Assembly (NCBI GenBank): GCA_021513695.1 | Contig: CP084166.1 | Coordinates: 1,280,001 to 1,344,000 of the forward strand | Reading direction: 5' to 3' | From: Candidatus Heimdallarchaeum aukensis | Lineage (GTDB): Archaea; Asgardarchaeota; Heimdallarchaeia; Heimdallarchaeales; Heimdallarchaeaceae | Length of the DNA stretch: 64,000 nucleotides | In this document: positions 40,354 to 49,840 of the stretch, piece by piece | Layout: every line of letters begins with the position of its first letter | Numbering within the stretch: position 1 is the first letter of the stretch | The notes under the pieces: model-generated | Seen by the model: the letters and a program-made list of their open reading frames with translations, nothing else | Databases searched by the model: none | Told to the model about the DNA's origin: nothing | Made by a program: the position numbers and the translations under genes

Positions 40354-41946
40354 TCAAAGAATTTTACTCATATATGGGCCATCTCTTTCGTAGCCTAGTT
40401 TTCTATAATAATCTCTTACACCAACGCCAGAGATGACAGAAATTTTCTTATAACCTTTTTCGACTCCAATGTCCTCAGCTTTCTGAACTAGTTCTTTTCC
40501 AAAACCTCTATGCTGCCATTCATATTCTTCTTCTCCTTTTTTATGAACAGAAAGGGATTCACCGTAAACATGTAACTCTCTGATAACGATTGTAGGTTGA
40601 GATAGAAATTCAGGTCGATATTTATCCTCACTTAACTCTCTCAGTCGAAGGAAACCAATAATTACATCATGGTTTGTTTCTTCAAAAGACAAAAAGTATT
40701 CAATTCCCTTACTTGCTTTATATTTTCTTTTTACTAGTTCAATTGACTGAGGATCAAATTCTCCTTTGTTCTTGTAGAGATAATGACCAACTTCTCTACA
40801 TCTAATACACCTACACTTTTTGCCTTGTGATTCCATTAAAGCTTGTACATCAAGCCTTAAATCACTTTTTTTGGGACCAGCAACTATTTGATGTGCAGGA
40901 ATGTCTCTTAAAATTCTTTTTATTCGCACGTAAGGAGGAACAAATTCTTTTATTTTGGCAATGAGTTTAATCGTTTCTTCATCTGTTAAAGCTTGGTATT
41001 CTCCTTTTTTCCATAGGTCATAAAGTTTTGTACCAGGTATAACCATTGTAGGATAAATCTTAATTTCATCAGGTTGATAATCTTGAGATTGAAAAATTGT
41101 TTTAAAAGCTTCTATATCTCTTTCTTTTGTTGAACCTGGGAGTCCAGGCATCATATGTGCTGTTATTTTCAATCCTGCATCTTTTGTAAGCTGAATAGCT
41201 CTGATTGAATCAGTAACAGTATGCCCCCTAATCATTTTTTCGAAAACATCATCATAAACTGTTTGAATACCTAGTTCAAGTCTTGTAACACCATAATTTA
41301 ACAATTCATCTATCGTTTGTTTATCTATTTGATCTGGTCTCGTTTCTGCAGTTAACCCAACACATCGATGTTTAGCGTGTTCATTAATTTCATGAGCTTG
41401 CTCTATTGTATCAGAATCTACCCCATTAAATCCATCAAACATTCTTCTAATAAACCATTCTTGGTATTCTTTCGGTTGGTAAGTAAAAGTTCCTCCCATA
41501 ATAATAGCATCTATTTTTTCTGTAGAATGACCTATAGCTTCTAACTGATTAATCCTTTCAGTAACTTGAAGATAAGGGTCATAGTTATTTCTTATCCCTC
41601 TTCTTGATGTAGGTTCATAACCTGTATAACTTTGAGGTCTGTCAACATCTGGTCCCCCAGGACACATAATGCATTTACCATGAGGACAAGCCCAAGGCCT
41701 AGTCATTACTGCGACGATTGCCACACCAGATAGTGTTCTAACTCTTCTTTTCATTAAATAAGGACGAAGTTTTTCTAGTTCTTCATCATTACATATAGCG
41801 AGAATATCACTATTTCTAGGGAAAAAGGATAGAGAATACTCTTTAGATATCTTTCTTTTAATTTGATCAACGATTTTATCAGTTAATTTAGACTGACTCA
41901 ACAACTGTTTTTTAATTTCAGTAAAAGCAGAAAGAGATTTGTTCAT
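40354..41946 (-). CDS. elp3: Elp3-type radical SAM / GNAT tRNA modification enzyme
   Basis: Radical SAM Cys cluster CPHGKCIMCPGG and a C-terminal GNAT domain. Confidence 0.9.
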   Translation of the reverse strand: MNKSLSAFTEIKKQLLSQSKLTDKIVDQIKRKISKEYSLSFFPRNSDILAICNDEELEKLRPYLMKRRVRTLSGVAIVAVMTRPWACPHGKCIMCPGGPDVDRPQSYTGYEPTSRRGIRNNYDPYLQVTERINQLEAIGHSTEKIDAIIMGGTFTYQPKEYQEWFIRRMFDGFNGVDSDTIEQAHEINEHAKHRCVGLTAETRPDQIDKQTIDELLNYGVTRLELGIQTVYDDVFEKMIRGHTVTDSIRAIQLTKDAGLKITAHMMPGLPGSTKERDIEAFKTIFQSQDYQPDEIKIYPTMVIPGTKLYDLWKKGEYQALTDEETIKLIAKIKEFVPPYVRIKRILRDIPAHQIVAGPKKSDLRLDVQALMESQGKKCRCIRCREVGHYLYKNKGEFDPQSIELVKRKYKASKGIEYFLSFEETNHDVIIGFLRLRELSEDKYRPEFLSQPTIVIRELHVYGESLSVHKKGEEEYEWQHRGFGKELVQKAEDIGVEKGYKKISVISGVGVRDYYRKLGYERDGPYMSKIL

Positions 41947-41994
41947 CTAAATCTTCGCTCGAGTGATAAAAAGACAAATTGAATAAAAGAATGA

Positions 41995-42177
41995 TTACAT
42001 GTTATGCCTGCGTGAACCCATACTTGTTGGTTGTCCTGGAAACTTTCCTTTAATTACTCTTCTAATATAATTATTTCTGTGTCCTAGTCTTGGTATAGGA
42101 CTAACACGTTCTTTTCCTTGTACTTTTGGCGTTTGTTTTCTTACTTTTCCAGCTTTTTGTAACGAACCGTGACCCAT
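41995..42177 (-). CDS. rps30e: ribosomal protein eS30
   Basis: GSLQKAGKVRKQTPKV signature of S30e. Confidence 0.65.
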   Translation of the reverse strand: MGHGSLQKAGKVRKQTPKVQGKERVSPIPRLGHRNNYIRRVIKGKFPGQPTSMGSRRHNM

Positions 42178-42254
42178 TTAATCACTTCCACAAATTTCCT
42201 ATTTCATTGCAGATAAGAACTATATAAAAATATTTAGATTTCGTTGAATTCTCA

Positions 42255-42491
42255 GAAAAATTTGTGCCCAGATAGGAAGGAAATCTTTCTCGATGCTTCA
42301 GAGGTCTGGTAATTGAGGTTATACCTCTTTTGGGGGTTCTGGCAGACTAAAAGTCTGTGTTCTGGGGTTTAGAACTTTGTTAGGAGGTCATTCCTATAAA
42401 AAAGGGGGTGTTTAACCAAACTCATTCGCGCCCTTCACGGAGGGATTGAGCATCGGTTACTCTTCCTATCTGGTTTACACTTCCCTTTTTT
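42255..42491 (+). ncRNA. candidate structured ncRNA of unknown class (~230 nt) with TATA box upstream (42219-42230) and oligo-T terminator (42486-42491)
   Basis: GC-enriched island in AT-rich DNA. A 12-bp terminal helix pairs 42268-42279 (CCAGAUAGGAAG) with 42462-42473. A nested 8-bp helix pairs 42290-42297 with 42449-42456. There are several internal hairpins. Confidence 0.4.
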
Positions 42492-42571
42492 AGCTCTAAC
42501 TCATCAAAGTATCCACAACATTATTTATAAATCTTTTTCTGATTGTAACGTATATTTAAGAAAGAAAAAAA

Positions 42572-43759
42572 TTATAAAATGTCTTTAAAGCTATTTAAAA
42601 AACCAAGAAGAGCGTAAATAGCTGTTCCTTTCCAAAGTACACTTTCATCTACATCGAATTTCGGATGGTGATGAGGTGCGATTATTCCTTTTTCTTCATT
42701 TCTTACTCCAAGTGTAATAAAAGCTCCTTTGGTCTTTTTTACATAATAAGCAAAATCTTCTCCCCCCATCGTCATTTTTGCTTCACCGACATTGTCTAAA
42801 GCTGAAAGAGTTTTTTTCGCAAGTTCCACTGCTTCTTTATTATTAACTACAGGAGGATAGGTAGGATCATGGAATTTTATTTCAGCTTTGCATCTCCAAG
42901 CTTTACTATAACCTTCTGCTACTTCTATCAATCTATTAATAATATGTTCTCTCACCTCTTCATTAAAAGTTCTAAATGTACCTTCTAAAACTGCTCTAGC
43001 TGGAATTATGTTATGAGCATCACTTCCTGACAGTCTTGGGCTTGATAAAACTACATGTTCCAAAGGATCAATTTCTCTAGAAATTATCTTTTGAAGAGCA
43101 TTATAAATGTCCACTAGCACGGAGGTAGGGTCGAAAGTTTCATGAGGAGATGCGGCATGCCCTCCTTTTCCTGTTACTGTAATTATAAAACTGTCTGAAG
43201 AAGCTAAAAATGGTCCGACACGAGTTTCAATTTTTCCTGCATCATTATCGCCCCACACATGCAATCCATACACATAATCTACATCATCAAGTATTCCTTC
43301 CTCTGCAACTATTTTTCCTCCTCCATCTCCTTCTTCTGCTGGTTGAAAAATCAATTTTACTTTTCCTTCTAATTTATCCTTGTAGTCGTAGATTATTTTT
43401 GCTGCACCTAATAACATTGCAGTATGTGCGTCGTGACCACAAGCATGCATTTTTCCTTCATTTTTACTTTTATACTCTACTTCATTTTCTTCCTGAACAT
43501 TTAAAGCATCAATATCAGCTCTTAAACCAATAGTATAACCTTGTTTTTCTCCTTCTAATATAGCTAATACACCTGTTTTTGCTATTTTCTTTGTTTCATA
43601 ACCTATTTTTTGCAGTTCTTTTTCAATAAAAGCTTGAGTTTCATATTCTTCAAAAGCTGTTTCAGGGTGCATATGCAAATGTCTACGCTTTTCAATTATA
43701 TAGGAACTTAACTCTTTTGCCTTATTTATAATATCTTTTTTTAATTCCTCATTACTCAT
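42572..43759 (-). CDS. M20-family amidohydrolase (aminoacylase/hippurate-hydrolase type)
   Basis: MHACGHDAH metal-binding motif and M20D-like overall pattern. Confidence 0.8.
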   Translation of the reverse strand: MSNEELKKDIINKAKELSSYIIEKRRHLHMHPETAFEEYETQAFIEKELQKIGYETKKIAKTGVLAILEGEKQGYTIGLRADIDALNVQEENEVEYKSKNEGKMHACGHDAHTAMLLGAAKIIYDYKDKLEGKVKLIFQPAEEGDGGGKIVAEEGILDDVDYVYGLHVWGDNDAGKIETRVGPFLASSDSFIITVTGKGGHAASPHETFDPTSVLVDIYNALQKIISREIDPLEHVVLSSPRLSGSDAHNIIPARAVLEGTFRTFNEEVREHIINRLIEVAEGYSKAWRCKAEIKFHDPTYPPVVNNKEAVELAKKTLSALDNVGEAKMTMGGEDFAYYVKKTKGAFITLGVRNEEKGIIAPHHHPKFDVDESVLWKGTAIYALLGFLNSFKDIL

Positions 43760-43918
43760 TTAAGTCACTCCTAACTTAATAGAAAAATGAAAAGTTTTGT
43801 TTAAAAAATTTTTTGAACAAAAAGAGTATAATCAATTTTCAAAAAAGATAAATTTGTTGATATGCCATTTCTCGCCAAAAAGTAGTATTAATAAGCGTTT
43901 AAAGAAATTTCATCAAGA

Positions 43919-45781
43919 GTGTATAAGATGACAAAAAATTCTAAGATTCCTGAAGAACGAAAAAAGAAGATACCTAAAGGGCTTATTTATTTACTTGCTT
44001 TAATTTTTATTATCACAGCAATTTTTGCGATAATAGTTTTTGTCCCACAACCACCACCTACAAATGCTCTTTTTTCTGTATCTATTAGGTCATACACAAC
44101 AGGTTATGAAAAAAGCTATTATTCTGAGTATTCTACAACTATACAAACAAATTTAGGATTAATAGGAATAAATGCAGAAGTAAAGAGTACAGATTATGCA
44201 ACATTTTTGGATAAAGTAGTAGTAAACAAAGATTATGATTTAGCCATCTTAGAATTTGAGATGGAAAGCTCTCCTCATCTTGAAGTATTATTTAGAGAAA
44301 ACGCGAGCTTAAATATTTTCAATTACAAAAATGATTTAGATAATAGTTATGTTATAAATAAGATAAATTTAGCAGAAAAAACAATTGACTTTGAAGAAAG
44401 ACGAAATATCTATTTTGACATTCAAACATATTTAATGAAGGATGTACTACCTTTTGTTCCTTTGTTCACTCCTGTAAACACCTTTGCTTATTGGAAACAA
44501 GTAAATAATTTCTCTGCAGAATTAGGTCTATCAGACAGTCTTCCTTACATGTACCTATCTGATGCTTCAAAAGAGCAATTAAAAGTTGGAATAGGTTATT
44601 GGAACAATATTGACCCTTTAAACTCTAAAAGAACTTCAGAAAAACAACTAGTTTCTCTCTTCATGGACAAATTAATCAAAACTGCATCTGATGGTTCTAT
44701 TATCGGTGGGGGATTAATTAAAAAATGGAAATTTGAAAATGAAACCACATTACTACTTACAATCAGATCAAATGTTTATTGGCAACAAGATGTTGATAAA
44801 GAATATACTGATGAACAGTTTACTATAGATGATGTCATTTTTACTTTAAATGTCTTCAAAAGCCCTTATGTGAATAATGAATATCACCAATATGATTGGA
44901 TCAAAAAGATTACAAAAGTTAACGAAACAACAATAGCGATTGCAATAGACTCAGATAGAGAAACAAAGGAAAACGACCCTTATGCTTACGCTTTAGATGA
45001 TTTAAGCATTTATGCTCTTCCAGAGCATTATCTTAATGTTACTGGTTCTTGGGAAGGAATAACTAGTTCAACAAACTGGGTAAAATTTAGTTCCTATCCT
45101 TTTGGAACAGGGAAGTATAAAATAAACTTTGAAGAAACAGAAAAGGGAGTAACAATTGTTCTTGATAAATTTGAGAAATGGCATGGAGCAGGAGTAATTC
45201 CTAATTCTCCTACAGATCTAAACATTCAAACTTTATGGATAAATACGTATAGAGATAATTATGCTCTTCTGCTTTCTTTACAAAATAAAGATGTAGATTT
45301 TGCTATTTTTGGAAAAGATTCACAAATAGCAAACCCTGTATCAAATTCAGAAATAGAAATTCAACATTCTCCATCTAACTCAATAGTTGTATTAGCATTT
45401 AATTTAGATAACAAATACTTTGGAGGAGATAATAATTTTGTAAATACAACAGAAGAATCAGTTTCTAAAGCGTTGGCTGTTAGAAAAGCAATTGCTTACG
45501 CGGTCAATAGAGAACAGTTAAACGAAGGTTTTCACGATAGTTTCTATATTATAACAGATACAATAATACCCTATGGTACAAAATACTATTATTCAGGAAC
45601 AGAGAAATATGATTTTTCAATTCAAAAGGCCATAAATTACTTGGAGATAGCTGGATTTTCAGCAAAAACAGAGAACAACACAGAAACTAGTACAGCTCCT
45701 GGGACATTATGGTTTTCATCTTTTGCCGTCCTGTTTATTTCAACAACAAAAATAATACTTCGGCATAAAAAAGAGAGATAA
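43919..45781 (+). CDS. membrane-anchored extracellular solute-binding protein, family 5-like (orphan)
   Basis: N-terminal TM. …DYATFLDKVVVNKDYDLAIL…NY.NDLDNSYVINKIN…FEERRNIYFDIQTYLMKDVLPFVPLF resembles a conserved SBP_bac_5 block. C-terminal TM with HKKER. Confidence 0.4.
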   Translation: MYKMTKNSKIPEERKKKIPKGLIYLLALIFIITAIFAIIVFVPQPPPTNALFSVSIRSYTTGYEKSYYSEYSTTIQTNLGLIGINAEVKSTDYATFLDKVVVNKDYDLAILEFEMESSPHLEVLFRENASLNIFNYKNDLDNSYVINKINLAEKTIDFEERRNIYFDIQTYLMKDVLPFVPLFTPVNTFAYWKQVNNFSAELGLSDSLPYMYLSDASKEQLKVGIGYWNNIDPLNSKRTSEKQLVSLFMDKLIKTASDGSIIGGGLIKKWKFENETTLLLTIRSNVYWQQDVDKEYTDEQFTIDDVIFTLNVFKSPYVNNEYHQYDWIKKITKVNETTIAIAIDSDRETKENDPYAYALDDLSIYALPEHYLNVTGSWEGITSSTNWVKFSSYPFGTGKYKINFEETEKGVTIVLDKFEKWHGAGVIPNSPTDLNIQTLWINTYRDNYALLLSLQNKDVDFAIFGKDSQIANPVSNSEIEIQHSPSNSIVVLAFNLDNKYFGGDNNFVNTTEESVSKALAVRKAIAYAVNREQLNEGFHDSFYIITDTIIPYGTKYYYSGTEKYDFSIQKAINYLEIAGFSAKTENNTETSTAPGTLWFSSFAVLFISTTKIILRHKKER

Positions 45782-45870
45782 AGCATGAAGCAGTCTAAAT
45801 AACATTTTTCTGATTAATAATGAAATTTTGGTAAATAGAAAGTTTTTTTAGAGAATCATAGGATTGTAAA

Positions 45871-46893
45871 ATGATTTGTTTGAAAAAATTAGACATGAAG
45901 TTTTTTGAAACACTTTTTGATATTATGCCAAATTTAGTAGTAATTCTTGATAATAAGGGGCATATAATTAAGTTCAATAAAAAAGCTGAAATAGTAACAG
46001 GATACAAAGAAGAAGAAGTATTACACAAAAATATTTTTGACATATTTATATTAAAAGAGGAACTAGAAGACGTTAAAGGTGTTTTTTCTCAATTAAAAAG
46101 AAAAAATTTTCCAAATCGTTTTGTAAATTCATGGATTACGAAGAATGGTGAAAAAAGGCTTATCTCATGGAATAATACTTGTAAAATTGATGAAAATGAT
46201 GAAATTAGTTTTATAATATCTATTGGGACAGATGTTACTGAAAAGGTAAAAGATGCGGAGCGGATGCAAAAAATGTATGATAAAATCGAAATAATTAATA
46301 AAATCCTTATTCATGATTTGCAAAATTCCTTATCAGTATTGCAAGGTTACCTAGATTTATACGAGGAAACAAAAGATGACTTATATCTACAAAATATAAA
46401 AAGAATAGTTGAAGAGAATTTTAAAACATTAAAAAGAATGGAAACTGCCACACAGAGTTCAGAAGAGTTTAAACAAAAAAGAGTGAAATTATCTAAAATC
46501 TTTGAAGAAATAGAAGAAAGATATCAGTTTTTCTCTGACTTAATTATTCATTTTGATAATGTAATAGATACTGAAATAGAAGTAGATGATAGTTTATATT
46601 CAATATTCGACAATTTATTAATGAACTCGATTATGCATGGAAATGCGAAGAACATTTTCATTTCATCATTCAAAAACGATAATAAAATAAGTATAATCCT
46701 TGAAGATGATGGCAAAATAAGCAAATTGGATATAAAGAAAATAATAAAGGATCTTGATTCCTATTCTTTAGGAAAATATTCAGGTTTAGCATTAGTTGGC
46801 AAATTACTGAAAAATTTAAATGGAGATATCTCTGTTTCAGAAAATGAACAAGGTGGAATTAGAATAATATTGTCTTTTCCAGAGTCAGATTAA
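45871..46893 (+). CDS. PAS-domain sensor histidine kinase (orphan, no adjacent response regulator)
   Basis: PAS region, H-box IHDLQNSLSVLQGY, N-box MNSIMHGNAKN, G-box GLALVGKLLKNLNGDI. Confidence 0.65.
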   Translation: MICLKKLDMKFFETLFDIMPNLVVILDNKGHIIKFNKKAEIVTGYKEEEVLHKNIFDIFILKEELEDVKGVFSQLKRKNFPNRFVNSWITKNGEKRLISWNNTCKIDENDEISFIISIGTDVTEKVKDAERMQKMYDKIEIINKILIHDLQNSLSVLQGYLDLYEETKDDLYLQNIKRIVEENFKTLKRMETATQSSEEFKQKRVKLSKIFEEIEERYQFFSDLIIHFDNVIDTEIEVDDSLYSIFDNLLMNSIMHGNAKNIFISSFKNDNKISIILEDDGKISKLDIKKIIKDLDSYSLGKYSGLALVGKLLKNLNGDISVSENEQGGIRIILSFPESD

Positions 46894-47066
46894 ATTTAGT
46901 TATTTTACATTATTTTTACCTAAAAAGTTCTTTATTAGTTAGTTTTATACTCTGGTCTAAAAAGTTAAAGACAAGCATTGTTTTACAAGTTCAAGTTCTT
47001 AAAATAGCTTAAAAAAGTATAATTCAGAAAAGTATTTAGTCGGATAATAATAGTAATACTAGTAAG

Positions 47067-47855
47067 ATGAAAGCTCTTTCAATACAAAAGTTCTTAGAAG
47101 ATATTGAAAAATTTGGATTAAGTAAAACATATATTGATTTACTCTCAAAGAACAAAGAACTCTTTTCAAAAGAAAAAATAACAGAGATATTAACTGAAAA
47201 TCTTAATATTTACACAGATTACTCTGTATTACTTGATTTTCTGAATTATGTTTGGTCAAAAGAAAATTCGAGTCCTCTTTTACTTTATTATTTATCAGGC
47301 ATAGTTCATCGCTTGTTTTATCTAACAAGAGAATATTTCGAAAAAAAAGAGAATCACTTAGAACAATCAAAAAAGCATGTGTCGTCAATATTGTCTAAAT
47401 TAGAAAAAGTCAACCCTAATAGTTCATACAAAGAACAGAATAGCAATAAAGAAAGAAAAGAGAAAGGCACAAACTTTCATTCTGCTAGAGATTTTATTTT
47501 GTTTTTGAAAAGTATTCCTAAAATCGATGAAAATTTGTTTAAATGTTTAAAAATTACTGGAAAACTTTTTTTTTCTTTGCTTTCTTTCCCCCAGCAACAA
47601 ATATGTAATGCAAATGATCAAGCCATGTATATATCGCGAGTTTTTCTGTTATGGAAGTTAAATGCGCTGACTGATCAACAAATGATTAAGATTTTTGAAT
47701 ATTTAAAGAATAACCAAAAAAATGACATTTCATTAGATGAATTTACTAATATTCTTTTTTTAGAATTCAAAAACTATCAGTTTTTACAATTAGGAATAAA
47801 TAGAGAGATAGTTTCTTACATTGCACAATTTATTCTTTCTAGTTTTGAGAAGTGA
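47067..47855 (+). CDS. hypothetical protein
   Basis: 262-aa ORF. Confidence 0.3.
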   Translation: MKALSIQKFLEDIEKFGLSKTYIDLLSKNKELFSKEKITEILTENLNIYTDYSVLLDFLNYVWSKENSSPLLLYYLSGIVHRLFYLTREYFEKKENHLEQSKKHVSSILSKLEKVNPNSSYKEQNSNKERKEKGTNFHSARDFILFLKSIPKIDENLFKCLKITGKLFFSLLSFPQQQICNANDQAMYISRVFLLWKLNALTDQQMIKIFEYLKNNQKNDISLDEFTNILFLEFKNYQFLQLGINREIVSYIAQFILSSFEK

Positions 47856-47953
47856 CAGCTATATAGTAGAGTTAGGTAACAAATTAGCCTATTTTGAACT
47901 TTTTTTTATTTTTATTACGAAATGCTTTTAAAAATTATCGTTTCAATTGAAGC

Positions 47954-49123
47954 ATGGAACTTTCTGTTTTCCTTTCAGTTATAGAAGTTGGTCCCCCGTA
48001 TATAGGCTCACTAGCAGGAACACGTCGTTATGCTTATTCTCTAATTAATTCTTTGGCTTTACAAGGGATTAATATTACTGTGGTTTCTACAAACAAACTG
48101 GATAGTAAAGACGAGTTATTAGATCAACCAAATATCAAATTTTATTATATAAAACCCCGTAAGAAAAGAAAAGAAGGATACAGAAAGAATATTAGTTCTA
48201 TAAAGAGAGAGAGTAAATATTTTTCTAAAAAATCTTTAGAATACTTCTTAGAACTACAAAAAAAACAGAAGTTCCATATTATTCATACAATTGATTTTTC
48301 CTCTTTAGCTTTTATTAAAGCTAAAAAAGAAGATAAAATTATAACACCTGTTATTGCTTCGATAAGCAATCCAATTATTGCTTATTATTTAAAAAGAAAG
48401 CATGTCAACTGTTTAGATCAAATAATTTATACTAATAAAAAATCAAAAGAGAAATCTTTAAGGTTATTTCCAAATACAGGAAATAAAAGTGTGGTCATAC
48501 CATTATCAATAGATTGTACGAGATTTTCTCAAATACCAAAAATTGAGGATATAGATGAATTTACTCAAAAATATGATTTACAACGAGAGCGAGACATTAT
48601 TCTTATCCTTGGACCCTTTATTCCTCGAAAGAAACAAAAAGAACTTGTTTCTCTTTTCCCAAGAATTGTTCAGAGAAATCCCAACTGCTTTTTCTTGTTC
48701 TGTGGAGAAGGGCCTACTCTTACATCCATTAAAGAAAAAATAATTAGTTACCATTTAGAAGATTATTCAAGCTTTACAGGATACATTACTGAAGATGAGT
48801 TACAGATCGCTTATCACATTAGTTCAGTATTAATTTATCCAGCAGAAAGTGGAAGTTTTGGGACTCCAATAATTGAATCTTTAGCATCAGGACTTCCAGT
48901 CATAGCTGCAGATAAACCACCCATGAATGAGATAGTAAGTAAAGAGTATTTATATTCCATAGAAAATAGAGATAAAATAGTAGATATTATTATTTCTACA
49001 ATTGAAAAAAGAAAGAATGAAAATATAAGCACATTCGACTTACAAAAGGACGCTATTAAAGAATATCACCATACTATAGTTGGTAAAAAAATTTTGAAAC
49101 TATACGAAAAAATAGTTGAGTAG
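47954..49123 (+). CDS. glycosyltransferase family 4 (GT-B, group 1)
   Basis: E…FG…IESLASGLPVIAAD motif typical of GT4. Confidence 0.7.
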   Translation: MELSVFLSVIEVGPPYIGSLAGTRRYAYSLINSLALQGINITVVSTNKLDSKDELLDQPNIKFYYIKPRKKRKEGYRKNISSIKRESKYFSKKSLEYFLELQKKQKFHIIHTIDFSSLAFIKAKKEDKIITPVIASISNPIIAYYLKRKHVNCLDQIIYTNKKSKEKSLRLFPNTGNKSVVIPLSIDCTRFSQIPKIEDIDEFTQKYDLQRERDIILILGPFIPRKKQKELVSLFPRIVQRNPNCFFLFCGEGPTLTSIKEKIISYHLEDYSSFTGYITEDELQIAYHISSVLIYPAESGSFGTPIIESLASGLPVIAADKPPMNEIVSKEYLYSIENRDKIVDIIISTIEKRKNENISTFDLQKDAIKEYHHTIVGKKILKLYEKIVE

Positions 49124-49205
49124 AAAATTAAAATAATTTCTGCTCAATATGAGAAAAATCATTTCTTTTGCTACAAAGAAATGGAGATAGGTTTAAATAA
49201 TTGTC

Positions 49206-49823
49206 TTGATAAAAGACAAATGTATCATGTCAGCAAAATATTTCTGTCCTAACTGTGGTGCAGCAGTCACCCCAGAAGATAAATTTTGTCAGAACTGCGG
49301 AACAAAACTAGAAAATGTACAAGGAGTTTCTGCTCCAGCTTATCAAGCTCCAGTCTCACAATCTGGTCCAGTAACACCTGCTCCACCATATCAACAACCG
49401 AGTCAACAATATCAACCTTATCAACCTTATGTTGAAAGTCAAAGAATACAACAAGTTCGCGTGGTAGATCCTTCTCAATATATGCAAATAAAAGCTTCTT
49501 TAGGCAACAGATGTTTAGCCAATTTGATTGATTCTATAATTTGGTCTTTGATTTCTAGTTTTACGGGAGGGCTAGGTGCTTGTGCTGTACCTTTTAAAGA
49601 CTCTATCCCAGAAGAAGGTAAATCTTTTGGAAAACAAGCAATGCATATACGAGTAGTAGATTATAACACAGGTAAAGCAATGACTGTTGGTCAAGGATTT
49701 GTAAGAAATTGCTTAGGTTATTTAGTAACGCTAGGATTTGATATTTTCGTTCCTATTTGTACAAGTGATGGCAGAAGAGTTGGAGATTACCTAGCAGGAA
49801 CAATAGTAATCGAAGATATGTAA
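49206..49823 (+). CDS. Zn-ribbon + Pro/Gln-rich linker + RDD-family membrane domain protein
   Basis: CPNCGAAV…CQNCGTKL zinc ribbon. C-terminal NRCLANLID…GRRVGDYLAGTIVIED is RDD-like. Confidence 0.5.
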   Translation: MIKDKCIMSAKYFCPNCGAAVTPEDKFCQNCGTKLENVQGVSAPAYQAPVSQSGPVTPAPPYQQPSQQYQPYQPYVESQRIQQVRVVDPSQYMQIKASLGNRCLANLIDSIIWSLISSFTGGLGACAVPFKDSIPEEGKSFGKQAMHIRVVDYNTGKAMTVGQGFVRNCLGYLVTLGFDIFVPICTSDGRRVGDYLAGTIVIEDM

Positions 49824-49840
49824 TCGTTCAATTTTTTTGG

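Noticed and set aside
42255-42491. Calling the GC-rich element SRP (7S) RNA or RNase P RNA
   Set aside because: It is shorter than typical archaeal SRP RNA (~300 nt). I could not find the RNase P CR-I/CR-V blocks (GGAAAGUCC, ACAGAA…GGCUUA) or a convincing SRP helix-8 motif on either strand. It is left as unclassified pending a covariance-model search.
45795-46043. 82-aa minus-strand ORF overlapping the start of the PAS histidine kinase gene
   Set aside because: It overlaps a confidently called gene and has no motif. Likely spurious.
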